Source: Phoronis australis (taxonomy: Eukaryota > Animalia > Phoronida). Taken from it: DNA of 63,669 bases. Below are positions 1 to 12,900 of the stretch, one piece after another (within the stretch, counting starts at the first letter, position 1; every line of letters starts with the position of its first letter). The notes below the pieces were generated by a model that ran no database searches, was not told the DNA's origin, and saw nothing but the letters and a program-made list of their open reading frames with translations. Position numbers and translations under genes: made by a program. The stretch is from NCBI GenBank assembly GCA_002633005.1, contig NMRA01000217.1:248001-311669 (forward strand), in the 5' to 3' direction.

Positions 1-366
1 ATCAGTAGCGTGCGGCTGCGTCTTTTTACCTCGTCCATCCGCTCCTCCACTCCCATCCCCACACATTTTTGGCTGCAGAGCCGTAGTATTTGTCACCGCG
101 GTTTACAATCACACGAGACGCCATTGAAAATCCCACCACGCTATCCCAGATGCCCCAGCAATGTTGACAGTTTATGTTCCTCCGAAACATAAAGAGCAAC
201 TTCCGCTTTTCAAGGTGAACCTCGTCGGCAACGCCGCGGTAAGAAAGAAATTTGCCGCGGAAATTTTATATCAAATCCGATTTTTTTACGCGGAAATATA
301 ATAAACGCCGACAGAACATTTGAAAAAACAGGAAATCCACGTTTCCGCGGAAAATTCCAAGCCCTG
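1..366 (-). mobile_element. Non-autonomous DNA transposon, partial copy (same family as 61283-61779)
   Basis: Reverse complement of about 61283-61640; terminus CAGGGCTTGGAATTTTCCGCGG. Confidence 0.75.
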
Positions 367-889
367 AACACTCGCCACTTCGGACAAGAAAAAAATATTT
401 CTTCAAGCGATCATTTGTTACTCGTCACTTTCGGACACATACTGAACATACTTGGAATACAAATTTTATGATAAAGTTGCATATAAAACTGCACAACATG
501 ACATAAACAATATAAGAGTTATTCGTAGTAGAGAATTTTTGTTGGTTCAGACACAAGCAATTTTGTTAAAGCAGGAGTTCGAACATGTGCTGATGGAGAG
601 ACGTCGGGGTTTCTTGAAAACTGAACAAGCATAAAATGGTAAAAAATAATCACATTTTCACTGTCCACAGGACTTTACCGTACAGTTATTTTGGCTGACA
701 TTGCATAGTATTGTTTTCATTTCAGTTCAGTTACTCCTAATTCTATTTTCAGAGTTCATGGATGAAGGTCTCGAAAGAATACCGCTTGCTCACGCAGACC
801 CCCACAGTTTCATCTGTCAATGCTGGCTCCCCACGGGACAGGACATGTGAAAAACGACCACTAAATTTCGACGCAATAAAAACCCTCAC

Positions 890-959
890 CTTGCCGTGCA
901 TGCTCAACACTTGAAAAGACTCTCGCTCCAGTCGCACTATTACTCCGACCGTCTGGGGA
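890..959 (-). CDS. SUPT5H: SPT5 exon ([23 protein letters not shown])
   Basis: Conserved peptide; donor AAG|gtgagg; next exon not found in window. Confidence 0.95.
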
Positions 960-3900
960 CTGAAAACACACAACAGGGTAAACAATGTCAAGAGGATGGT
1001 AGACTGTGTCACCATGGAAACATTGAATTTACTCTAGATGCTCATCCCACTAATCATCTGGCCGTAGAGCCTCAAAGAAATGTTAACATCACAGTGCACG
1101 TAATGTGAACTATCAACTGTCATGGCCCTCCAAAATCACATACAGCATCAGATACTACACATCCGACTGGCCATGCTTATTATTCTGGAAGAGGAAACAG
1201 TTTTCACAACAAAACGACAGATTCGGTGTCGCAAAAACCAGTGAACAGTTGTGACAACTGTTTATGGGAGAAATTCTATTTCTGATTAACTGCCAGTACT
1301 CTACAGAATTCCATTTTCCTTCTCTGATGAAAAAAAGCTCATGTATAATTTGTATTAGAAAATATGATGGGACAAAACAAATGTTACGTGATTCTGTCAT
1401 TTTAACTTTAAACTACTGACACAGACAGAAGCATGTGTGGACAAGATATTTTTAATGTCTGTTAAAAATTTTTTATAAGTAATGAGCGGACATCAACAGA
1501 CTGCTTCTTCAATAAGGGCTACCAGAGTCCGGAGACTGACCACTTACTCTAACTGGACCATGTCTCCAAACTGAAACTGACCAAGGGAGTCCACACCTGT
1601 GGCCATATCTGTGCACAGCTGTAGGTCCTTAGGCAACACTTTCAACTGAAATTACACCAAGGCCAGTTAACAGGGGACGCCACTCAGGAACTCACCTGTA
1701 CGTGAAGTACAGAATATTTATCATGATACAAAACTGGTCTTAACAAAATGACTGAAACTTATTTTTGCAGTTGATTAAATTTAAGCCCGATTTCACGTCC
1801 AAGTGTGCCAAGTGGACAATTTGAGAACTAGGATATGAGTTAATGGTCTTAATCTATACTGCAACATTCTAAAATAAATAAATATAGAATGTATATAATT
1901 ATTCACGAGGTGCTGCTAATGACAAAAGGGGATGGTTCATTTTGTTTACCAGCAAGCTGTCATTCCTGGCACAACAGTACCAGGTGACTATCTGAAACAA
2001 ACGAAAAAGACCACATCCATCCCAGCTTTCGCCTACCTCATGCATGGTGACATCAGAGAACAAGACGATCATATTCTCCTCCACTCTCACAATCAGGCCC
2101 GTGTCACCCTCGTAGCGGCCACGGATCACCTTCACGTGATCGCCCATCTTGAAGTGCTTTCGGAGCTCGTGGGCGGGAAACTCCAGCGGGTCCTAAAACA
2201 GTGGTGCAGCTTGTGAGATTGACATTAACTGTAAATGTTGTCGACAATATGGTAATTAGATACTGTTAAGGTGTGAATGCTAATTTCACTTTTTCACATA
2301 CGGCGGAGAATACCCAATCACAATTGAAACTGTCTAGCAATATAAACCAGTCATCTTCAATGATGCCAAGGTGTGACACACAATGTCGTTAAGGAAAACT
2401 AAGGATGGTGGCACCGTGTTACATGTGACAACATTGTCTTGTTCACAATTACTACAAACAGGTAATTGTGAGTTGAGAAGATCAGTCATCAAGCACTCGA
2501 GTATCCAATACAGTCAATTTACTAAATCAACTAAGTCTTGCACCCTTACTAACCACTACTTGGTTAGACTGAAAGGGAATAGCCAATGAGTAAAAGCTTG
2601 TTGAGCCAGTCAGCTTCATTAAGAATAAATTCCAAGGTTGGAGAATCTTGCTTAATGGTAGTCGTAACCATAGCTGAACAAGACTGAATAACATAGCTGG
2701 TCAGTTAATAATAATTCAAGCTGACTATCCTTAGCGAATAACGTCAACAACTAAAACTAATTTTCCTACCAAATGAAGATCCAAGTAGCCATATCTGACT
2801 GTCAATTCACACGCAGTAATGGAATAAGGGAGCAACACTCAGGGATGCTGAATACATACGCGTGCCACGCTGCTAGCAAGGTTTTGTGAGTGCAGTGTGA
2901 CTATGCGTAATTCTTTAATTGATAAATCTTGTGAGTAAAGTCTATATAAGTTCACTCAATATAATGCTGTACCCCCATAAAAATTTCACCTCGTCTCTCC
3001 CCAAATAACACACAATGACCTTTGTCTGCACAAACCTTGCACCCGTCTACAATGGCCATCATTGTATCTAAACACTTGATTACACCGTCAACATACCTTG
3101 AGATCTTCATGTTTGGGTAACATGGTGATCTTGTTCCCGTCCACACTGATCACTTTGCCCTGCAAGTGAACCAGTTCACCTTCACACACCTCCACTATAT
3201 CGCCAGGTACAAAGTCGTGTGTCACTTCACCAGGTCCCTTCTCCACCACTGTTATAAAACAAAAAACTGCATTAATCAAACACTATACATAGTGACATAA
3301 GAGCCCCTGACTCATCAAATAATTCAAACACAGAGTATAAAAATCTTTTAGTACCACCAAAATTAAGCCTCGTCCACATGGCTGATTATCATGCAGGTAA
3401 AAAAACACCCGACAATTCAAATGTCTTAAAATGCGTGTTTAACCAAAACAATCAAAATTCCGTTTCCCTATGATGACAGTCAATTTTTCAACTTATTTCA
3501 ACTGAAAATGACTACTCGTGACTTGGCAAACCAACTGTGATCTTTTCTAGCAAACTTCCGGCTCAGTCACAATGGCCCAACATATATTGTGCAGAACACT
3601 GGCCATATTCCAACATACGTGTGCATTTTGTCAACTACTTGATTACAATTATCACTCATAACACTGTAAGCCTACTGACGTTTTAGTAGGCTGACCTAAT
3701 TAAGCTTACATTTATCCTGTATCTTTGTTCGTAGCATACTCACTATAACTACACCTTAAGATATCATGAGGTTTGTTTATCTTTGATTACATCCCAACTA
3801 TGGGAATAGTGAAAAGCTTTACACTTTATTCACATGACGGATAGCTGTCCTTTATGCTTACATTAAACTGCCACGACAGCGAATGCAGTTAGCGCTAAGC

Positions 3901-6900
3901 TGTCGTAACGGGAATAACGCATGGAATAACGGCTCGTTTTGTCTGATAACTTTCAGTGTAAATGATATTGTACACAACCTATTATTTGAAAAGTTTGAAT
4001 CATAGTAGATTCATCAAGTGCAATTCAGACCATGTGGACAGGGATTTATGGTGAGATTACAAAACATTGCGAAGAATAGATTTTTTTCTGTCAAATATGA
4101 AAATTATACCAGAGTTGACGATACGCTTAACAGGCGAAAACAACAAACACAAAAACTTCATGACGGGCTATCTAGTACACTTAGAAACAGCAAAATACTT
4201 ACCGTTGACTTCTAAGTCACCTGACTGATCTTCAAACTTTTCCAGCTCAGTCAGAGTAGGCTTCACCCCTTCTGCCATCTGTTGGGGTTAAAAAAAAATA
4301 GTCTATAAAGCTCATTGCACACTTTATATAAACTGGCATACTTCGGACCTGCTTAAATACTCAACATGTGTCGAGGGTTTATCTAATGCAGTGGAAGAGA
4401 TGGCACATGTCCAGTAGATTACTTAGAACATCAGTATTCTCAATCTAGTTCGTAAGTCTTCATATAAAATTTAGATGATGGCATTCAATTGCCTAGTGTG
4501 GACTCAGTTGAACAAGAAACCACACAAAGGGAGATTATTTCATTTACTACTGAAATTTGTCCTTAATAGCCTATTTCAAAAAAATTAAATGCTTATCGTA
4601 AGTCCTCATTCACCAAACCTATTCAGTTACATTTTTGTTTAACTGTGGAGTCCCTTGTGGCAATCCCAATCCAATTTCAACTATTTAGCATCACCATTTC
4701 CTTTGTGATATCAAATTTTCATATCCTTTGACTGAAGATAAGTTTTCAAGATAAGCTAGACAGATTTGACAGAAATTCTGAACGAATGTCTTGCCAGTTC
4801 ACTTGAACGTCAGTCGCAACAAAAAAGCATCTTTGTTACACTTAAGTCATAGTTTAATGTGACATTACTGTACCTAGTCACTGATTGTTTGTTTATGAAT
4901 GGACTTGTACAATAAGTTGTTGAAATTTTGACAAAGTGCATTGAGCAACACTATCAAGCTTTTGTCGAAATTGAAGCAATTTGCAGTATTGTTGTTAAGA
5001 AAATGATATAATAGTTGCATGTTTGGGAGTTTTCAGCTTGTTTTCAGAATTGTACCTAGCTTATGTAGAGCACGTCGTTGCAGTAAAATACCACAACCAC
5101 TGACAGACTACAACAAACAACTACTGATCAGACGAAAAGAGACATGACTCACAATGGCAGACATGACGAAGCTCTTGAAGAGAAACCCCTTACGACTGTA
5201 GCGGTTGCCTTCAAAGATCAGGAAATCACCGTCGGTCGTAACTTCTCCACCAATCGCACGGATAGCGTCCGTCTCAAACAACTTCTGAGCTGGGCGATGA
5301 TGGCGCTTACGTTTTTCATCCTAAACAAAAATACGCGTGATTAGCACAGGACTTCCAAACTGTTGGATAACTACATATCTAGATCAAGTTCATGAAATCA
5401 CACAAATCAATCTCTTTACATGTATGTGTAACCATGGCAACATGACGGTACATTTAACCGAATATCTACAAAACAGCAACATTTAATCCAGTTAAAAAAT
5501 AAATTTGTGAAAGTAGAGAGCAAGCAGAAATTAACTCTCAATTTTTAATCTACTTGCCATTTATTGGGGTAAGTGACCCCATCTTTTCAGTAAAATTAAA
5601 CAAAAAGGTACACGCAAAACAAAACAACTGTATCAAAAACATAAAATAATGTCCTTTGATATATACATTCCAGATGAAATCTCAAAAATGTTGTAACAGT
5701 GTTCAAAGTTATCGTTTCACCTAACAGCATATTGGAGAGTAGTTTTAAAAGTTAGTATCTGAAAGGTTCATAAGAAATCGGCCCATCTGAGACATGACGT
5801 TCTGATGTTAGCCACTTTCCTACGGTTACACACAATCTTGATCAGTACAAGATTTGACTAGCAGCCACACTTAAGTGTCCATCTAGCCAGTGTCTCAATG
5901 ACGTACATTTCCAGAGCCTCTCAGAGCTCCCCTCATGCGAGTGTGGTCTATCCTGGGGATCAGCTTGAGATGGACCATGTTCTGAGACGGCTCCACATAG
6001 TCGACCTGTAGCAGAGAACACTTATTAGCAAACTGAAGAACAATGGCAACGCATGGGGTTAACAGTTTCGTTTTTGAAACTGTATCACGCACACATCGGT
6101 TAACTTTCCGTAGTGTGTAAACCGACCAATAGTACCTTTCTTTATGAAAACTCTGAAATAGTTTTAATATACGACCAGCTACACATTGGTTTGAAAACGA
6201 CAAAGCAAAACGAGACAACAGCAGAGGGAATTACTTCAACATGTATTAACTGCTATTTTTAATTTGATATCAAACAGTGAGGCAGCTACAAGAAGACAAG
6301 ACATGCTGAATTTCTGCCATAAGTACAAACAGTGATTATCAACACTTCACATTGTTAAGAATTATCGGATTCTACATGATATCCAGATTTTCTTACTGAT
6401 GCACTATTTTAATGGTATTTTTAATCGAAACTTCCAGGAATGTGGATATGACTGAACCGCTTTGTATTGCTTTCACAATTAGATTTATTACCAATATACC
6501 ACAAGACACGACAAGGCTCATAAAATGGGTTCCGTGCTTAATGCACTCAATCTTTTCTGGGACCGTTAAGACGGTAAAATTTTCATTGGTATTATACAAC
6601 TGTTACTTTTCATTCACTATTAATATGTACTAGAACTTCAGAACCAGTGTGCAGCCTTGGGCACTTTACAGAGACAACCTGTCACGTTTTGCAAAGGCTA
6701 CTGAAACGTGAAGTTGTATCAACAATATATACCTGAGCCAAGTCATCTTTGTACAAGCCACGCTTAAGGCGGACCCATGACTTCTCCTTCAGGCGCACTT
6801 GCTCCTTGACAACCCTCAGCACATCCGTCATCTCTTTGATGGGCACCATCTGTAACCACGGCGACATGTTAAAAATGCCCACGGCCCACCGCTCACATTT

Positions 6901-9900
6901 TTGCAAGCGTTGCATACAATGATAAATACGTTTGACAAGACGGAACATGCCGTTATATTGAAGAAACACAAGGCTGTAAAACTTTAGCAAGTTAAGATAT
7001 GATTTTTTGAAAATAGTCCTGTTTTTTCTTAAGGTCTTCAGGAAATGGGAGTATATTAAATTACACTTTCTGATTGGCACCACATGAATGCCAACAATTT
7101 CCCCAGAGCCTACATTACTTGGCCATAGGCAGATAGCTGCAGCCAATGCCATCTGATAAATTAATGAGTATGCCACCTACAAAACACGCCAAAATAAATA
7201 GAAACAAAAGACCAGAGGTTCTTTAATTTGATGACTGCGTGAAAGTACAATCCCTCGTCACCATGGTTAAGTGCAAGTGAAATTCCAGGTCAGAGTAGCC
7301 AAAATGAGAAGTCTTCATGAGCCAAGACTGGTCATGTCATGTCGTGACGGGGAAACAGAATTTTGTTAGAACATTCTGGTGCATACTGTTGTGATTTAAA
7401 AAACAAATTCACAAACCGATGTAGACATTGACATATTTCTGCACAGAGTTGGATATGACGATCTCAGCCGAGAAAAAATCAAAGTTTTGTAGCCAAATAG
7501 AAATACACGTTTCTGATCATAACAAAGACCAGAAACAAAGGCAAAATGACTTTTTATCACGCTAAGCAACCAAATAAAGCATCCAGGCTCGTGACCTCTG
7601 AACCTAAGGTGACACTTTTGTCGAAAATAGACCAACTGCTCTGGACGTTTCGAGTAAACCTTCAAATTTTCTGAAATATAAGTTTGGTCAATTTCAGTCT
7701 TCAGTATAAATTGGTGGTCACCAACCTGACCGACATGACCACAGCATCCGCTGACCATCGTTGACTTACCTGTTGATTGTAGAGACCAATACGTAGATTA
7801 CTTATGCCCTCAATGGCTTGCTTGACGTGAGTCTGTTTGAAGGCCTCTATATACAGATAACCCTTCAGACCCTCTTTACACACAACAGATTTGATCTGCA
7901 ACGGCTGCAATAACAACACAACATTGGGTGAACAAGATGACTCTCTTAAGAGAGATGACTAGACAAACGGAGGCAGGTGCAGCACATGGCGGGTAACGTA
8001 AAAAAGTGATCCTAAAAGTGTTTAAAATAAGCAAAAAGAAAAGTGTCATTACAGCATATACAGAAGCACAACTTAGAGTAACTGTATGTGCAGGGTTGGA
8101 CACTTAGCTTTGTAAACGGAATAAAATGTAGACTGCCTCGTTGAGTGGAAGGTTGAAACTATAACCTTAGACATGTTAACACGAGAATGAAACACATGGT
8201 GTCTCTACCTCTTCGGAGAATTGGTACGCGATGAACTTCCTCATGAGTGCTATGGCGGTGGCCTTCTCTTCTCCAATACGGCATTTGACGACCCATAGAT
8301 TTGGGTCCCTAGAGGGAAGAGAAAAAGGGGTTAAATCCAAGCACATGAAAACTAACAATTTAGGATCCCTAGATGGAAAGGGTTAAATCGGAGCATTTGA
8401 CAAATTAGTGTACCTTCAGGGAGAGACAAACTTTTATCTTTAAATCATACAAAAACGTACATCGTTATACCAGCTAAGGCACGGGCCGCTGCAAATAGCT
8501 GACCACCGAGGGAAACTGAATCGTTTGAAAACCCAAAGGTTAGGTGCCCACAGGTTAGGGACTCCGGAGAGAGAGGACACGTCTACAGACACATTAATGG
8601 TCATTTTACTTATGGAAAAATTAGAAGCTAAATGTTCATACTTGCAACACAGACCCGAAACTCCCAACTCTGAACTAAAAGACACTTCACATTCTCCTAC
8701 TCAGTTTTCAAATTATTAGATTATGATTTGAAGTTCCGCTGTTTTCCCGTGTACACAACAACACCTGTATTCGAGCGAAAACAACTTTTGATAGAAGTCT
8801 TGTTGCTTTTCGCAGTTAGAAGTCAACAACCTAACGGTCACTTCATCTTTCTCTACAGACAGTCATAACCTCCCTGTACTTACTTAACGCCAGGCAGAAG
8901 ACCTTGTTGTGTGATCTCATCCGACATGCCCGCTCCCTCACCATAGCGGGCCGCCGTGTCAGATGTATCGGCGTACTTCCTTTTGTAGTATTCATAGATC
9001 TCACTTTCCTCTTTACTGAAATAAAGAAAAGGAACCTTGAAATGGATCACACAGACAGTCATGTGAGTTGATACAGCATATCCTTTTAGTTACTTTGACT
9101 CTGAAGTTGAAGTTATATGACATTTGCACACTACTGAATGTAGCTATTATGTCAGGACAGCCACACTTATTTTGCACTTCTCAAAAGAAAGATTTCAAGT
9201 TACGGCATAAGGCAAGTTCAGTGTTCTCCAAAGCCTGTGTTGAATCATCGAAGAAACAAATTTTAATTTCACCCAGATGAGTTTGGCTTACTTCTACGCA
9301 AAAGAACTTTTTTTTGGGGGGGGGGGTATTTTTTTACACATTCTTTGGACCTTAGCCCTAGTTCAATGCATTCATTCCAACATTTAACATACTAAGCCTA
9401 CACAGTATGGACAAAAACTTTTTGAACATATATATGAATTCTGTAATTTCAGTTGACCGAGAGGAGCTCCTATGTAGTGTTTAGAGTGCTAACTAAACCT
9501 TACGAGACTTGTTGTGTGTTTGTAGATTTCTGGGCCTATCTCTGTGCCATCTCTCTTTAATATTTGAAACTTGTAAAGCCTTGATTACTACCCTTTACGT
9601 ACATGAACATCTGACCATAGAGATCAAACTAAACATTAGTAATCAGTGTCTCAGTCGGTGCTTTCTAATTTTGGTAATAATCAGTGTGGCGCTACGAACT
9701 CATCCTCATGAAGCATCATAGAACCAATCCATTTCTAGCCATATCACTTTTGGGGAACAAAACGATGGGCTTGTCAACCCAACTTAAGCAATAATCTGGG
9801 ACAATACATGTATTTGTAATGACAATAGAACCGTATCAAACACGTTAAAGAAAGCCTACACGTCAGGGATTCTAAAGCCTACACGTCAGGGATTCTAAAG

Positions 9901-12900
9901 CCTACACGTCAGGGATTCTAAAGCCTACACGTCAGGGATTCTAAAGCCTACACGTCAGGGATTCTAAAGCCTACACGTCAGGGATTCTAAAGCCTACACA
10001 TCAGGGATTCTAAAGCCTACACGTCAGGGATTCTAAAGCCTACACGTCAGGGATTCTAAAGCCTACACATCAGGCATTCTAAAGCCTTCCTCTCTTTTAA
10101 TAAAAACAGTACTTCCACCAAGTTACAACTCTGATCCCCTTTGCCCTTTGTGACTGTCGCATTTGATCGTTCATGCAAGTGTTCACCTGTAGGGTGTGTG
10201 GTTTCCCACTGATGATGTTTTGAATTAAGAAACAAAATAAATGGACTCTATTTATAGTGCTGTAATAATGCCATCGCTTGCTAAAGTGCTCATTATTTGT
10301 TTTCTGGTGTTAATCTGAATAAGGACCAAGTTGATATCAAGTTTGTAACAGACATCATTCTAAATCAAAAGAAAGTTTTTTTGACACAAAGCAGGTTTCT
10401 TTCACTTAAAAGAAATTCCCACAACAAGCAGAATAAGACGTCTGCTTACTCCCACATGGTGCCCAGCCTTCTCTTAGCCTCCATGTCACGCGCCGCGTCA
10501 TCAACCAGGTTGGCCTCCCGCGTGTCGATGATGTCCTGCGCGCCTTCCTCCCATTCATCGTCATCGCTTTCCTCATCGTTGTCGACCTCTGGTGGGAAGG
10601 AAACAAATTACACTGACTCCTGAATAACTGTAGCATACTGTCTGTCCAAGTTCTTCAAAGACTAACAATAGCCATCATTAACTCCCTTCTGCACTAATAA
10701 AAAAAAATATACTGCAACATTTTTTTCAAATTAACACAGCCCACTGCAGCACTAGCAAGTTGTGAATACTTTTTGCCACAAAAACTTTACTAATAAATAA
10801 TTGACAATATTTCTTCAATCTCATAGAGAGATGAAAGTGCAAGCAAACTTGGATGAAGATTTTTGCTCTTTTAAAATTTGACAACTTTCAGCCAGGGACG
10901 GCATTGTGTGGACAAAAACCATCCAACCCAATAGAGACAAACCTCCCAAACCTGTTCACGGCATTAAAAAAAGGTCTTGAAGACGACTGAATTTGACTGA
11001 GCATGAGTTTGACACTTTACAGTTCGCGAAATCGAAATTTCAAAGAAACTGAATTATTTTCAGACCTCCTCAAAATCATTGTTGACTGCACGCTCCATTG
11101 GGCTACCTATCTCAAAGCAACACAACAGAGTGCTTGAACAACAGTGTTTTGTCCATATATATTCAACCATGGTGCTGCACCATGGTTGAAATGTTTTGCA
11201 TCTTGCTTGGAAATTTTGAACCACGTCTAAAAAATTCCAAGTCCTATTCGAAATNAAAGCCTACACGTCAGGCATTCTAAAGCCTACACGTCAGGGATTC
11301 TAAAGCCTACACGTCAGGCATTCTAAAGCCTACACGTCAGGGATTCTAAAGCCTACACGTCAGGCATTCTAAAGCCTACACGTCAGGGATTCTAAAGCCT
11401 TCCTCTCTTTTAATAAAAACAGTACTTCCACCAAGTTACAACTCTGATCCCCTTTGCCTTTTGTGACTGTCGCGTTTGATCGTTCATGTAAGTGTTCACC
11501 TGTAGGGTGTATGGTTTCCCACTGATGATGTTTTGAATTAAAAAACAAAATAAATGGACTCTATTTATAGTGCTGTAATTATGCCATCGCTTGCTAAAAC
11601 GCTCATTATTTGTTTTCTGGTGTTAATCTGAATAAGGACCAAGATGATATAAAGTTTGTAACAGATATCATTCTAAATCAAAAGTAAGTTTTTTTTTTGA
11701 CACAAAGCAGGTTTCTTTCACTTAAAGAAATTCCCACAACAAGCAGAATAAGACGTCTGCTTACTCCCACATAGTGCCCAGCCTTCTCTTAGCCTCCATG
11801 TCACGCGCCGCATCATCAACCAGGTTGGCCTCCCGCGTGTCGATGATGTCTTGCGCGCCTTCCTCCCATTCATCATCATCGCTTTCCTCATCGTTATCGA
11901 CCTCTGGTGGGAAGGAAACAAATTACACTGACTCCTGAATAACTGTAGCATACCGTCTGTCCAAGTTCTTTAAAGACTAACAATAGCCATCATTAACTCC
12001 CTTCTGCACTTAAAGAAAAATATACTGCAACATTTTTTTCAAATTGACACAGCCCACTGCAGCACTAGCAAGTTGTGAATACTTTTTGCCACAAAAACTT
12101 TACTAATAAATAATTGACAATATTTCTTCAATCTCATAGAGAGATGAAAGTGCAAGCAAACTTGGATGAAGATTTTTGCTCTTTTAAAATTTGACAACTT
12201 TCAGCCAGGGACGGCATTGTGTGGACAAAAACCATACAACCCAATAGAGACAAACCTCCCAAACCTGTTCACGGCATTAAAAAAAGGTCTTGAAGACGAC
12301 TGAATTTGACTGAGCATGAGTTTGACACTTTACAGTTCGCGAAATGGAAATTTCAAAGAAACTGAATTATTTTCAGACCTCCTCAAAATCATTGTTGACT
12401 GCACGCTCCATTGGGCTACCTATCTCAAAGCAACACAACAGAGTGCTTGAACAACAGTGTTTTGTCCATATATATTCAACCATGGTGCTGCACCATGGTT
12501 GAAATGTTTTGCATCTTGCTTGGAAATTTTGAACCACGTCTAAAAAATTCCAAGTCCTATTCGAAATTTTGAGCCATGTTTGAAAAGCTCAGATCCGTGT
12601 TTAAAATCTTGAGTCACGTTTGAAAAGCCCTGTTTTCTGTTTTACAAGACTAATGATAGCAATTGTGTTGCATAGTGATTAGTGTTACTTCTTTTTACCA
12701 CGATTTACAATAAAAATGATAGTAACATGTCCGACAAGTGAAAGTAATGTGTACATAATAGTTTTCACGAACTGGCAGAAAAGAAGATCAGGACGCACTA
12801 CTTACGGCATGACATGCAATTTGCCCATGTTTGAATTTCTGCTGTGACCTACCGGCTTCATCCAGGATGAATCCACCATATTTTGGCTTCTTACGACGCT

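Larger units (their letters stand above)
9851..12567. other. Probable uncollapsed-haplotype duplication (9851-11254 vs 11256-12567)
   Basis: Single N at 11255 at the junction; near-identical intron and exon. Confidence 0.85.

Noticed and set aside
745-870. Intronic C/D snoRNA in SUPT5H
   Set aside because: GC-richer stretch with a CTGA but no convincing RTGATGA box C or terminal stem; an Infernal/Rfam scan would be needed
9851-10087. CRISPR-like array
   Set aside because: Contiguous tandem units with no spacers, eukaryotic intron, no cas genes; same applies to 19667-19960 and 41216-41366
10450-11903. Mutually exclusive duplicated Spt5 exon
   Set aside because: Identical peptide, intron flanks equally similar, N at the junction, and three other N-linked duplications in the window point to uncollapsed haplotypes
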